The notes: generated from the sequence alone by a model not told the origin. A stretch of 31,484 nt of DNA from a virus (IMGVR_UViG_3300029517_000011); one strand, 5' to 3'; positions 14,179 to 23,825 are shown, counted from the first letter of the stretch. Made by a program: numbers and translations.

Positions 14179-14612
14179 GCAGAGTCGCCGCGATTATTTA
14201 TGCTCTGGTTATCTGCATCATCGTCTGCCTGTCGTGGGCGGTCAATCATTACCGTGATAACGCCATCGCCTACAAAGAACAGCGCGACAAAGCCGCATCC
14301 ACTATCGCTGACATGCAGAAGCGTCAACGTGATGTAGCAGAACTCGACGCCAGATACACAAAGGAGCTTGCTGATGCTAACGCGACTATCGAAAGTCTCC
14401 GTGATGATGTTTCTGCTGGGCGTAAGCGGCTGCAAGTCGCCGCCTCCTGTGCAAAGTCAAAGACCGGAGCCAGCGGCATGGGCGATGGAGAAAGCCCAGG
14501 ACTTACAGCAGATGCTGAACTCAATTATTACCGTCTCCGAAGTGGAATCGACAAGATAACCGCGCAGGTTAACTACCTGCAGGAATACATCAGGACGCAA
14601 TGCCTGAAATAA
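14175..14612 (+). CDS. Spanin inner-membrane subunit Rz (i-spanin)
   Basis: ORF track frame 14160-14612 begins at TTG; I prefer GTG 14175, which overlaps the endolysin stop. Sequence [30 protein letters not shown] is close to lambda Rz as I recall it. Confidence 0.8.
   Translation: MSRVAAIIYALVICIIVCLSWAVNHYRDNAIAYKEQRDKAASTIADMQKRQRDVAELDARYTKELADANATIESLRDDVSAGRKRLQVAASCAKSKTGASGMGDGESPGLTADAELNYYRLRSGIDKITAQVNYLQEYIRTQCLK
14368..14559 (+). CDS. Spanin outer-membrane lipoprotein Rz1 (o-spanin), embedded in the +1 frame of Rz
   Basis: ORF track 14368-14559. Signal peptide ending in lipobox LLGVSGC; proline-rich mature part ([16 protein letters not shown]). Confidence 0.75.
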   Translation: MLMLTRLSKVSVMMFLLGVSGCKSPPPVQSQRPEPAAWAMEKAQDLQQMLNSIITVSEVESTR

Positions 14613-14643
14613 TTTTTTTGCAAATCACAAAGTCAATTTAATG

Positions 14644-14667
14644 AGCCTCGCGATGCGGGGCTTTTTT
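14644..14667 (+). terminator. Intrinsic terminator after the lysis cassette
   Basis: Stem GCCTCGC / GCGGGGC (one G-U pair) with GAT loop followed by TTTTTTA. Confidence 0.55.
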
Positions 14668-14814
14668 ATGTCCGCAGTAAACGCGCTTCACACGCGCGAC
14701 TTCTGAACACAGAACCTTTCAGGATGACCCTTGAGGATGCCGGTTTGGTTATCGGTGCCTTTCTGTGGGCCGGAATCCTGTGTGACAAGGTTCATCACTA
14801 AAAGGTAATTACCG

Positions 14815-15369
14815 ATGAATTATCCAACTATCGTTGACGGCATTGACTTCAAAGAACTGGTTTTTATTACCAACAATGACCCTGTCACCGATTCATTTAT
14901 GGTGGCGAAAGCATTTCGTAAGCGACATGACAACGTTGTGCGTGATGTAGAAAGAACTATCCCTGCTTGTCCTGAAGAGTTTGATACAAAACTCAATTTT
15001 GAGGTTTGCTATAAAAACAATGAGTTACAGAATGGTAAGCCACAAAAATTCTATCGGCTACGCAAGGATGGGTTGATGCTTTTGGTTATGTCCTACACCA
15101 AAAAAGAAGCAATGCGTATCAAAATTGCTTACATCAACGCATTCAACTGGATGTACGCCATGCTTCAGGTTGGTCATCGTCAATTTGAAGAAGAGCGAAA
15201 CGCCGTAATGCTGGAGTACATGAAAGAAAAGGATGTCGCCAGCATGTCTGGCCGTCTGCTCAATCGCTGGGGAAGAACGAAAAAACCTCAATTGCTTGCA
15301 AAGCTGGAACGTCTGGAGAAGCAAGGACAGTTTTTATTACCGGGATTCGATAAAGGCATTCAAGCCTGA
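14815..15369 (+). CDS. Rha-family phage regulatory protein (184 aa)
   Basis: ORF track 14815-15369. N-terminal LVFITNNDPVTDSFMVAKAFRKRHDNVVRDVERTI resembles the Rha/antirepressor N-terminal domain (KRHDNVLRDI-type motif). Confidence 0.55.
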   Translation: MNYPTIVDGIDFKELVFITNNDPVTDSFMVAKAFRKRHDNVVRDVERTIPACPEEFDTKLNFEVCYKNNELQNGKPQKFYRLRKDGLMLLVMSYTKKEAMRIKIAYINAFNWMYAMLQVGHRQFEEERNAVMLEYMKEKDVASMSGRLLNRWGRTKKPQLLAKLERLEKQGQFLLPGFDKGIQA

Positions 15370-15684
15370 CACATCATGCGCTGTATCGTCGCCGTATTCC
15401 CGTATTAACAGAGACCGTAGCCCGACGGGGAACTCCTTCTGCGCGAGTGTGCGGGAATAATCAAAAACGATGCACACCGGGTTTTTACCGCGTTTATGGT
15501 TCGCGGGTTTGTCCCTCATGCTCGCCAGTCCTGTGCGGGGGTGGAAGAAACAGGACACTTACACAGATTCTTGTGGGCACGATGCTATGCCTTTCTGGAT
15601 TATCCCGATGCCATTCATGCAAGGCGTTGTATCAGACGTTCGTCAGAGCTGTCAGGCTGACGGGTCCTCCCGGTGGGGTGGCCT

Positions 15685-15710
15685 GCCACGGGGCGGGAGC
15701 GTCGCGGAAA
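15685..15710. other. Candidate cos site (cosN-like GC-rich element) upstream of the terminase small subunit
   Basis: ACGGGGCGGGAGCGTCGCGG (about 15688-15707) resembles the lambda cosN region (ACGGGGCGGCGACCTCGCGGG from memory). Followed by an AT-rich region with an 8-bp inverted repeat ATGTCGAA...TTCGACAT and about 500 bp with no convincing ORF. Confidence 0.4.
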
Positions 15711-15876
15711 AAGGCTAGTTTTTGCATTTTTATCGGCCACCATCATCTTTGCATCTTATTGATTATTAATGGTTATTTTTTTTTTGCATGTCGAATTGAG
15801 TGTTTTTTGTTCGACATCGAACGCGTTTTCTTAAAGTTGTTCGCACGATGCATATTTAAAGCTCTCCGGAGGAAAT

Positions 15877-16368
15877 ATGGATCATGAGTTGAAAAACCTG
15901 GTGCTGAATATTAATCAACTGGCGGCTTTATCTGGTCTGCACCGCCAGACTGTCGTGGCAAGACTGAAAAACATTCGTCCCGCTGGTGGACATGACAAAC
16001 TCAAGCTATACCGGTTGACCGATATTCTGACTGAATTTATGGGGTTACCACCGCCGGTTGCTGAGGGCGAAATGGATCCACATGAACGCAAAGCCTGGTA
16101 TCAGTCTGAACGTGAGCGTCTTAAGTTCGAACAGGAAACGGCACAACTCATTCCGGCCAGTGATGTCAGACGGGAGTTTGCCATCTGGGCAAAAGCGGTC
16201 GTGCAGGTGCTGGAGACATTACCGGATATTCTTGAACGTGACTGCGGTCTGCAGCCTGCCGCTGTGAGCCGTGTTCAGTCCATTATTGATGATCTGCGCG
16301 ATCAGATAGCCCTGCGGGTGACTGAAGCAGGTGCGGATGATGAGGAGGAATTACAGCAGGAGGAGTAA
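15877..16368 (+). CDS. Terminase small subunit (Nu1-like, 163 aa)
   Basis: ORF track 15877-16368. SD GGAGGA; N-terminal HTH-like LNINQLAALSGLHRQTVVARL; 1-nt overlap with the large-subunit start (TAATG). Confidence 0.8.
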   Translation: MDHELKNLVLNINQLAALSGLHRQTVVARLKNIRPAGGHDKLKLYRLTDILTEFMGLPPPVAEGEMDPHERKAWYQSERERLKFEQETAQLIPASDVRREFAIWAKAVVQVLETLPDILERDCGLQPAAVSRVQSIIDDLRDQIALRVTEAGADDEEELQQEE

Positions 16369-18470
16369 TGCTGAATCAGGAAACCGCAAAGGCAGCACGA
16401 ACCGATTCAGGTTATATCCTTCGCGCACCGAGACGAATGCGGGTTGCTGATGCCGTTGCTCAGTATATGCGGGTGCCCATGGGGGCAGGGAACTCAGTCC
16501 CGTGGGATCCGCTGGTGGCACCGTATGTTATTGAGCCTATGAACTGCCTGGCCTCGCGTGAATACGACGCAGTGATATTTGTTGGCCCGGCACGAACCGG
16601 CAAGACTATCGGCCTGATTGACGGCTGGGTGATTTACAACGTGATTTGCGATCCTGCTGATATGCTGATCATTCAGATGACGGAGGAAAAAGCCCGCGAA
16701 CACTCCAAAAAACGACTCGCCAGAACGTTTCGCGTCAGCCCGGAAGTGGTCAGTCGCCTGAGTCCGAACAAAAATGACAACAACGTTTATGACAGAACAT
16801 TCCTTGCTGGTAACTACCTGAAAATCGGCTGGCCGTCAGTCAATATCATGTCCTCATCAGATTATAAATGCGTGGCGCTGACGGATTATGACCGTTTTCC
16901 GGAAGATATTGATGGCGAGGGGGATGCCTTCTCTCTTGCCTCAAAACGTACCACCACATTTATGTCCAGTGGTATGACGCTGGTGGAGAGTTCCCCCGGC
17001 AGGGATGTGAAGGATGTGAAATGGCGACGGACTTCACCGCATGAGGCTCCACCAACCACGGGGATACTGTCGCTCTATAACCGTGGCGATCGCCGTCGCT
17101 GGTACTGGCCCTGTCCACACTGTGGTGAGTATTTTCAGCCCTGCGGCGATGTGGTTGCTGGTTTCCGTGATATTGCCGATCCCGTGCTGGCAAGTGAGGC
17201 GGCTTATATTCAGTGCCCTTCCTGTTCAGGACGGATTATGCCTGAACAAAAACGTGAGCTGAACGGACGTGGGGTCTGGTTGCGGGATGGTGAATCCATC
17301 AATGCGGATGGCAGTCGTTATGGTGATCCCCGACGCTCACGTATTGCGTCATTCTGGATGGAGGGTCCGGCAGCTGCTTACCAGACACTCTCGCAACTCG
17401 TTTACAAACTGCTTACTGCAGAACAGGAATACGAGACAACCGGAAGTGAAGAAACACTCAGGGCGGTTATCAATACCGACTGGGGATTACCTTATCTTCC
17501 CCGCGCCAGCATGGAGCAACGAAAAAGTGAACTGCTTGAGCAGCGGGCAGAGCCAGTTCCTTCCCGCAGTGTGCCTGATGGCGTTAATTTCCTTGTGGCG
17601 ACAGTGGATGTGCAGGCGGGACGTCATCGCCGTTTTGTGGTTCAGGTAACGGGCTATGGCAGCCGTGGCGAACGCTGGATTATTGATCGTTACAACATCA
17701 CGCAGTCATTGCGCGGTGACAGCGACGGGGAGAGCCAGCGAATTGATCCGGCCAGCTATCCGGAAGACTGGGATGTCCTGCTGACGGATGTTTTTCATAA
17801 AAGCTGGCCGCTGGCCTCCGATCCTTCTCAACAAATGCGACTGATGGCAATGGCGGTGGACTCCGGCGGTGAAGACGGGGTCACTGATAATGCCTATAAA
17901 TTCTGGCGTCGTTGCCGTCGTGATGGCCTTGGTAAACGTATTTACCTGTTTAAGGGCGACAGCATCCGGCGCGCAAAACTGATCACTCGTACATTCCCTG
18001 ATAACACCGGACGAACGGGCCGACGGGCGCAGGCCTCAGGTGATGTGCCGCTCTGGCTTCTTCAGACGGATGCACTGAAAGACCGGGTGAATAACGCGTT
18101 ATGGCGTGACTCGCCAGGTCCCGGCTATGTGCATTTCCCTGACTGGCTGGGGAGCTGGTTTTACGACGAACTGACGTATGAAGAGCGGAGCAGTGACGGG
18201 AAATGGAGTAAGCCTGGTCGCGGTGCCAACGAAGCTTTTGACCTGATGGTGTATGCCGAGGCTCTGGTCATTCTGCATGGATACGAAAAGATCCGCTGGC
18301 CGGATGCACCGGAGTGGGCGAGCCGGGAAACCTGGCTGGAGTGTGTCCAGGACAGTACCGAACCGTCATCCTCACCGGAACCGGTATCCACGCCTGTTAA
18401 AAAACAAAAACGGAAGAAAACAGTAACTGACGATGTTAACCCCTGGCTGACTTCCGGAGGATGGTTATGA
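16368..18470 (+). CDS. Terminase large subunit (GpA-like, 700 aa)
   Basis: ORF track 16368-18470. Walker A-like VGPARTGKT; size and position typical of lambda-type terminase A. Confidence 0.85.
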   Translation: MLNQETAKAARTDSGYILRAPRRMRVADAVAQYMRVPMGAGNSVPWDPLVAPYVIEPMNCLASREYDAVIFVGPARTGKTIGLIDGWVIYNVICDPADMLIIQMTEEKAREHSKKRLARTFRVSPEVVSRLSPNKNDNNVYDRTFLAGNYLKIGWPSVNIMSSSDYKCVALTDYDRFPEDIDGEGDAFSLASKRTTTFMSSGMTLVESSPGRDVKDVKWRRTSPHEAPPTTGILSLYNRGDRRRWYWPCPHCGEYFQPCGDVVAGFRDIADPVLASEAAYIQCPSCSGRIMPEQKRELNGRGVWLRDGESINADGSRYGDPRRSRIASFWMEGPAAAYQTLSQLVYKLLTAEQEYETTGSEETLRAVINTDWGLPYLPRASMEQRKSELLEQRAEPVPSRSVPDGVNFLVATVDVQAGRHRRFVVQVTGYGSRGERWIIDRYNITQSLRGDSDGESQRIDPASYPEDWDVLLTDVFHKSWPLASDPSQQMRLMAMAVDSGGEDGVTDNAYKFWRRCRRDGLGKRIYLFKGDSIRRAKLITRTFPDNTGRTGRRAQASGDVPLWLLQTDALKDRVNNALWRDSPGPGYVHFPDWLGSWFYDELTYEERSSDGKWSKPGRGANEAFDLMVYAEALVILHGYEKIRWPDAPEWASRETWLECVQDSTEPSSSPEPVSTPVKKQKRKKTVTDDVNPWLTSGGWL

Positions 18471-18679
18471 ACCAGAATGATATCGAAGCCATGATTCAGC
18501 GTTATATGGAAGCTGAAATGGCGGTGCTGGACGGAAAATCCGTCACCTTTAATGGTCAGCAGATGACCATGGAAAACTTATCTGAGATCCGGCAGGGACG
18601 GCAGGAGTGGGAGCGCCGCCTTGCGGCTCTGATTACACGACGACGGGGGCATCCCGGGTACCGGCTGGCGAGGTTCTGA
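18467..18679 (+). CDS. Head-tail joining protein, gpW-like (70 aa)
   Basis: ORF track frame 18461-18679; ATG 18467 has better SD spacing from GGAGG (18456-18460). C-terminus RRRGHPGYRLARF resembles the lambda W C-terminus. Confidence 0.7.
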   Translation: MNQNDIEAMIQRYMEAEMAVLDGKSVTFNGQQMTMENLSEIRQGRQEWERRLAALITRRRGHPGYRLARF

Positions 18680-20187
18680 TGGCAATTCTTGATGATGTGA
18701 TTGGCGTTTTTTCACCTGGATGGAAAGCGGCAAGGCTGCGTTCCCGTGCGGTGATCCAGGCTTATGAAGCCGTAAAAACGACGCGGACACACAAAGCCCG
18801 ACGGGAGAACCGAACTGCCGACCAGCTAAGCCAGTACGGGGCCGTGTCGTTACGTGAGCAGGCCCGTTACCTTGATAACAACCACGATCTGGTTATTGGT
18901 GTATTTGACAAGCTGGAAGAACGGGTGGTGGGGAAAAACGGGATTATTGTCGAGCCACATCCGGTATTACGCAATGGGGCCATTGCCCGTGATCTGGCAG
19001 CGGAGATTCGCACCCGATGGAGTGAATGGTCTGTCAGCCCGGAAGTCACCGGGCAGTTTACCCGTCCGATGCTGGAACGTCTGATGCTGCGTACCTGGCT
19101 GCGCGATGGTGAGGTGTTTGCCCAGATGGTTTCCGGGCGCATAAACAGCCTGACGCCTTCTGCCGGTGTTCATTTCTGGCTGGAGGCGCTCGAGCCGGAC
19201 TTTATTCCCATGACCAGTGATGAGAGCAACAGGCTGAATCAGGGCGTGTTTGTTGATGACTGGGGGCGTCCCGAAAAATATCTGGTGTATAAAAGCCGTC
19301 CCGTATCCGGACGGCAGATGGAAACCAAAGAAGTGGATGCAGAGCGAATGCTGCATCTTAAATTTGTTCGCCGTCTGCACCAGATGCGCGGGACGTCTTT
19401 GTTGTCCGGTGTGCTGATCCGCCTCAGTGCCCTGAAAGAGTATGAGGATTCTGAGCTGACTGCAGCAAGGATCGCCGCTGCTCTGGGGATGTACATCCGG
19501 AAAGGCGACGGGCAGAGCTATGAACCGGATGGTAATGGCAGCAAGGATAAGGAACGCGAGCTTACCATTCAGCCAGGCATTATTTACGACGATCTGAAAC
19601 CCGGCGAAGAAATCGGAATGGTGAAGTCGGATCGCCCCAATCCTAACCTTGAAACTTTTCGTAATGGTCAGTTGCGTGCCGTGGCGGCGGGCAGTCGTCT
19701 GAGTTTTTCCAGTACAGCGCGCAACTATAACGGCACTTACAGCGCCCAGCGTCAGGAGCTGGTTGAATCCACTGATGGCTACCTGATCCTGCAGGACTGG
19801 TTTATTGGTGCCGTCACCCGCCCGATGTATCGTGCCTGGCTGAAACAGGCTGTGGCATCCGGTGTTATCAGGCTACCCCGCGATCTTGACCGTTCTTCAC
19901 TGTATACCGCGGTGTATTCCGGACCGGTGATGCCGTGGATTGACCCTGTTAAGGAGGCTGAGGCCTGGAAAATTCAGATTCGTGGTGGAGCAGCGACAGA
20001 ATCAGACTGGGTACGTGCAGGTGGTCGTAATCCGGATGATGTCAAACGTCGGCGCAAGGCCGAAATTGATGAAAACCGCAAGCTGGATCTGGTATTTGAT
20101 ACCGATCCGGCCAGTGATAAAGGAGGCAGCAGTGCCGCAACGAAACGACAGGAGCCGCAGCACACCGACGACCAGTCCGAAGAATAA
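18679..20187 (+). CDS. Portal protein (502 aa)
   Basis: ORF track frame 18607-20187; ATG 18679 overlaps the gpW stop (TGATG) with SD GGCGAGG. Size and position after terminase and W. Confidence 0.8.
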   Translation: MAILDDVIGVFSPGWKAARLRSRAVIQAYEAVKTTRTHKARRENRTADQLSQYGAVSLREQARYLDNNHDLVIGVFDKLEERVVGKNGIIVEPHPVLRNGAIARDLAAEIRTRWSEWSVSPEVTGQFTRPMLERLMLRTWLRDGEVFAQMVSGRINSLTPSAGVHFWLEALEPDFIPMTSDESNRLNQGVFVDDWGRPEKYLVYKSRPVSGRQMETKEVDAERMLHLKFVRRLHQMRGTSLLSGVLIRLSALKEYEDSELTAARIAAALGMYIRKGDGQSYEPDGNGSKDKERELTIQPGIIYDDLKPGEEIGMVKSDRPNPNLETFRNGQLRAVAAGSRLSFSSTARNYNGTYSAQRQELVESTDGYLILQDWFIGAVTRPMYRAWLKQAVASGVIRLPRDLDRSSLYTAVYSGPVMPWIDPVKEAEAWKIQIRGGAATESDWVRAGGRNPDDVKRRRKAEIDENRKLDLVFDTDPASDKGGSSAATKRQEPQHTDDQSEE

Positions 20188-20200
20188 TTCCTGGTTCAGG

Positions 20201-22159
20201 ATGCAGGCTGGTCACCAGAGTGACGCGGATATTTATATTTATGACGAGATTGGTTTCTGGGGGGTTACAGCGAAGCAGTTTATCAGTGATCTGAATGCAC
20301 TGGGCGATATCACTCACATTAATCTCCATATCAATTCACCGGGTGGCGATGTCTTTGAAGGCATCGCCATTTTTAATGCGCTGAAAACACATGGTGCGTC
20401 CATTACCGTTTATGTCGACGGTGTGGCGGCGTCAATGGCGTCGGTCATTGCGATGGTGGGAAACCCGGTCATTATGCCGGAAAACACCTTCATGATGATT
20501 CATAAACCATTTGGCTTTACGGGCGGTGATGCGGAGGACATGCGCACCTATGCCGACCTGCTCGATAAGGTTGAGGCGGTTCTGTTACCCGCTTATGCAC
20601 AGAAAACCGGGAAAACCACCGATGAAATTGCTGTCATGCTGGCGGATGAGACCTGGATGTCCGGTGCCGAATGTCTGGCACATGGATTTGCTGATCAGGT
20701 GACGCCAGCCGTTAAGGCAATGGCATGTATTCAGTCAAAACGTACAGAGGAATTTAAAAAGATGCCGGAATCCATTCGAAACATGATTACTCCGCCACGC
20801 AACAGTGCTCCACGCGTACAGGATGATGAACCTGCTGCCTCCCGGACGCCAGTGCAGGCAGCAGCACCCGTGGTGGATGAAAACAGTATCCGTGCGCAGG
20901 TACTGGCAGAGCAAAAAGCGCGTGTAAACGGTATTAATGATCTGTTTGCCATGTTTGGCGGGCGTTATCAGACGCTGCAGGCTCAGTGTCTTGCCGATCC
21001 TGAATGTTCGCTGGAGCAGGCCCGCGAAAAGCTGTTGAACGAGATGGGGCGCGAGTCCACGCCATCCAATAAAAATACCCCGGCTCATATTTATGCCGGT
21101 AACGGTAATTTTGTGGGGGACGGGATCCGCCAGGCGCTGATGGCGCGTGCCGGATTTGAAAAAACCGAACGTGATAATGTCTACAACGGGATGACCCTGC
21201 GTGAATATGCCCGTATGTCACTGACTGAACGGGGTATTGGGGTTTCCAGTTATAACCCGATGCAGATGGTCGGTGCGGCGTTCACACACAGTATGTCTGA
21301 CTTCGGTAATATTCTGCTGGATGTTGCGAACAAAGCCATTCTGCAGGGCTGGGAAGATGCCCCTGAAACCTATGAACAGTGGACGCGGAAAGGTCAGTTG
21401 TCTGATTTTAAAATTGCCCATCGTGTGGGTATGGGGGGCTTCAGTGCTCTGCGTCAGGTGCGTGAAGGGGCGGAATATAAATACGTCACCACCGGAGATA
21501 AACAGGCCACTATTGCACTGGCGACCTATGGCGAGCTGTTCAGTATCACCCGTCAGGCCATTATCAATGATGATCTGAATATGCTGACCGATGTCCCGAT
21601 GAAACTGGGCCGTGCGGCGAAATCCACTATTGCCGATCTGGTTTATGCCATTCTGACGTCTAACCCGAAAATCTCCACAGATAATGTAAGTCTGTTCGAT
21701 AAAGCGAAACATGCAAACGTACTGGAGAGCGCTGCAATGGACGTGGCATCGCTGGATAAAGCCCGCCAGTTGATGCGCGTTCAGAAAGAGGGGGAGCGTC
21801 ATCTGAATATTCGTCCTGCGTTCGTACTGGTACCGACGGCGATGGAGTCTGTTGCTAACCAGGTCATTCGCTCCTCAAGTGTCAAGGGGGCTGACATTAA
21901 CGCCGGTATTATTAACCCGGTGAAAGATTTTGCGACCGTTATTGCAGAGCCTCGTCTTGATGATAACAGCCAGACCACCTTCTACCTGGCTGCGTCAAAA
22001 GGCTCCGATACGATTGAAGTGGCTTATCTCAACGGTGTGGATACGCCATATATTGATCAGATGGAGGGCTTCAGTGTGGATGGCGTGACAACGAAAGTGC
22101 GTATTGACGCCGGTGTCGCGCCAGTTGATCACCGCGGTCTGGTGAAATGTACGGCGTAA
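20201..22159 (+). CDS. Prohead protease (ClpP/S49-like) fused in one frame to a major capsid protein domain (652 aa)
   Basis: ORF track frame 19940-22159; first ATG after the portal stop is 20201. N-terminal region HINSPGGDVFEGIAIFNAL...VDGVAASMASVIAMVG is ClpP-like; the C-terminal roughly 330 aa are capsid-like. Followed by a strong terminator. Confidence 0.7.
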   Translation: MQAGHQSDADIYIYDEIGFWGVTAKQFISDLNALGDITHINLHINSPGGDVFEGIAIFNALKTHGASITVYVDGVAASMASVIAMVGNPVIMPENTFMMIHKPFGFTGGDAEDMRTYADLLDKVEAVLLPAYAQKTGKTTDEIAVMLADETWMSGAECLAHGFADQVTPAVKAMACIQSKRTEEFKKMPESIRNMITPPRNSAPRVQDDEPAASRTPVQAAAPVVDENSIRAQVLAEQKARVNGINDLFAMFGGRYQTLQAQCLADPECSLEQAREKLLNEMGRESTPSNKNTPAHIYAGNGNFVGDGIRQALMARAGFEKTERDNVYNGMTLREYARMSLTERGIGVSSYNPMQMVGAAFTHSMSDFGNILLDVANKAILQGWEDAPETYEQWTRKGQLSDFKIAHRVGMGGFSALRQVREGAEYKYVTTGDKQATIALATYGELFSITRQAIINDDLNMLTDVPMKLGRAAKSTIADLVYAILTSNPKISTDNVSLFDKAKHANVLESAAMDVASLDKARQLMRVQKEGERHLNIRPAFVLVPTAMESVANQVIRSSSVKGADINAGIINPVKDFATVIAEPRLDDNSQTTFYLAASKGSDTIEVAYLNGVDTPYIDQMEGFSVDGVTTKVRIDAGVAPVDHRGLVKCTA

Positions 22160-22182
22160 ACGTCGCAGACAACAACTCTGAT

Positions 22183-22202
22183 GGCCCGTAAGGGCTTTTT
22201 TT
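22183..22202 (+). terminator. Intrinsic terminator after the capsid gene
   Basis: Stem GGCCC / GGGCC with GTAA loop followed by a 9-T run; a second hairpin lies at 22214-22232. Confidence 0.6.
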
Positions 22203-22245
22203 GTACCTGAAATCAGCCCCTGAACGGGGCTGTGCGGAGACAGTT

Positions 22246-22569
22246 ATGGCAAAGAATTTTGTAGAAGAAGGAAAAACGGTGGCGATTGTTGCCAGTGCAG
22301 CCATCAGCAGCGGAGATCTGGTGCAGGTGGGCGATGTTTTTGCGGTGGCGCTGACCGATATTCCACAGGGTGAAACAGGCGACGGCATGACCGAAGGTGT
22401 GTTTATGCTGCCTAAGCTGAAAACGGATGACATGAAAACGGGTAAGAAGGTTTATCTGAAGTCAGGAAAAGTTCAGCTGACTAACAGCGGCTCTGATCCG
22501 CTGGTCGGGGTTGTCTGGGCAGATGCCGGAACCAGTGCAGAAGAAGTGCCGGTAAAACTCAATGTCTGA
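22246..22569 (+). CDS. Small head structural or decoration protein (107 aa, DUF2190-like)
   Basis: ORF track frame 22201-22569 starts at TTG; ATG 22246 preceded by SD GGAG (MAKNFVEEGKTVAIVASAAISSGDLVQVGDV...). Confidence 0.6.
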   Translation: MAKNFVEEGKTVAIVASAAISSGDLVQVGDVFAVALTDIPQGETGDGMTEGVFMLPKLKTDDMKTGKKVYLKSGKVQLTNSGSDPLVGVVWADAGTSAEEVPVKLNV

Positions 22570-22837
22570 TCCCTTTTCCCGGCTGGCAGCGCGTATGGAT
22601 GCTATCACGGTCAGAAAGATGGGAAAGACAGCCTCGATTAATGATGTCGATATGACTGTGATCCCGGGAGAAACACTGGCAGAGCTGAATGCTCTGTCCG
22701 GACCTGCGGTCTCTCTGGTGGTGTTTTCTTCGGGATACCGCCCACGGCGCGGGGATCGCGTTGTTTATGACGGACAACAATGGACGGTCACACGGCATGA
22801 ACGCTTTAACGGTAAGCCAATGATCTTTATTGAGTAA
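22562..22837 (+). CDS. Head-tail connector / head completion protein (91 aa)
   Basis: ORF track 22562-22837. Overlaps the upstream stop; position between head and tail modules. Confidence 0.55.
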   Translation: MSDPFSRLAARMDAITVRKMGKTASINDVDMTVIPGETLAELNALSGPAVSLVVFSSGYRPRRGDRVVYDGQQWTVTRHERFNGKPMIFIE

Positions 22838-22848
22838 AGAGGTGTGGG

Positions 22849-23427
22849 ATGAAGGGGCTTGAGAATGCCATCCGCAATCTGAACAGCCTTGATACCCGTA
22901 TGGTGCCACAGGCCAGCGCATGGGCGATAAACCGTGTGGCACAGAAAGCGGTCTCGGTTGCCACCCGGCAGGTTGCCGGGAATACCGTTGCGGGAGATAA
23001 CCAGGTGAAAGGGATCCCCCTGAAACTGGTTCGTCAGCGTGTCCGGGTGTTTAAAGCCAGTCCGTCAGGAAAAATGACGGCCAGGATCCGCGTTAACCGG
23101 GGCAATCTGCCCGCCATTAAGCTGGGGACAGCCCGGGTCAGACTGACCCGGCGTGGTGGAAAACTGCAGTACCGTGGCAGTGTGCTGAAGGTGGGTAAAT
23201 ATCTTTTCCGGGATGCGTTTATTCAGCAACTGGCGAATGGTCGCTGGCATGTGATGCGGCGTATTGATGGCAAAAATCGTTACCCCATTGATGTGGTGAA
23301 AATCCCTCTGTCCGGACCGCTGACACAGGCATTTGAAGATGCCCGCGACCGCATCATTGCTGCGGAAATGCCGAAACAGCTGGGGTATGCACTGAAACAA
23401 CAACTGAGGTTATGGCTGACCCGATGA
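22849..23427 (+). CDS. Minor tail protein Z-like (192 aa)
   Basis: ORF track 22849-23427. SD AGAGG; same length as lambda gpZ and located before the U and V homologues. Confidence 0.7.
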   Translation: MKGLENAIRNLNSLDTRMVPQASAWAINRVAQKAVSVATRQVAGNTVAGDNQVKGIPLKLVRQRVRVFKASPSGKMTARIRVNRGNLPAIKLGTARVRLTRRGGKLQYRGSVLKVGKYLFRDAFIQQLANGRWHVMRRIDGKNRYPIDVVKIPLSGPLTQAFEDARDRIIAAEMPKQLGYALKQQLRLWLTR

Positions 23428-23825
23428 ACCGACATACACAAATCCGCCAGGTCGTACTGGCACGCCTTCGGGAACAGTGTGGAGACAGCGCCACGTTTTT
23501 TGACGGGCTTCCGGCATTTGTTGATGCGCAGGAACTGCCTGCCGTGGCGGTGTGGCTGAGTGATGCTCAGTACACCGGAAAAATGACGGATGAAGATGAC
23601 TGGCAGGCTGTTCTGCATATTGCTGTCTTCATCCGGGCACAGGCACCGGATTCAGAGCTGGATATGTGGATGGAGAGCACCATTTTCCCGGCCCTGAATG
23701 ATGTATCGGCACTTTCCGGACTCATCGACACCCTGATCCCACTCGGTTTTAACTATCAACGTGATAATGAGATGGCCACCTGGGCGATGGCGGAAATCAC
23801 GTACCAGATCACGTACACGAATTAA
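23424..23825 (+). CDS. Tail terminator protein U-like
   Basis: ORF track frame 23412-23825; ATG 23424 overlaps the Z stop (ATGA). ATFFDGLPAFVDAQELPAVAVWL...ELDMWMES resembles lambda gpU (TGATFFDGRPAVFDEADFPAVAVYL from memory). Confidence 0.75.
   Translation: MNRHTQIRQVVLARLREQCGDSATFFDGLPAFVDAQELPAVAVWLSDAQYTGKMTDEDDWQAVLHIAVFIRAQAPDSELDMWMESTIFPALNDVSALSGLIDTLIPLGFNYQRDNEMATWAMAEITYQITYTN

Noticed and set aside
15233-15887. Several overlapping ORFs (75-146 aa) between the Rha-like gene and terminase
   Set aside because: Cys/Arg-rich junk-like translations with no RBS; the region is better explained as the non-coding cos/packaging region.
21218-21802. 194-aa minus-strand ORF inside the capsid gene
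   Set aside because: Antisense to a long, well-supported structural gene; typical spurious mirror ORF.
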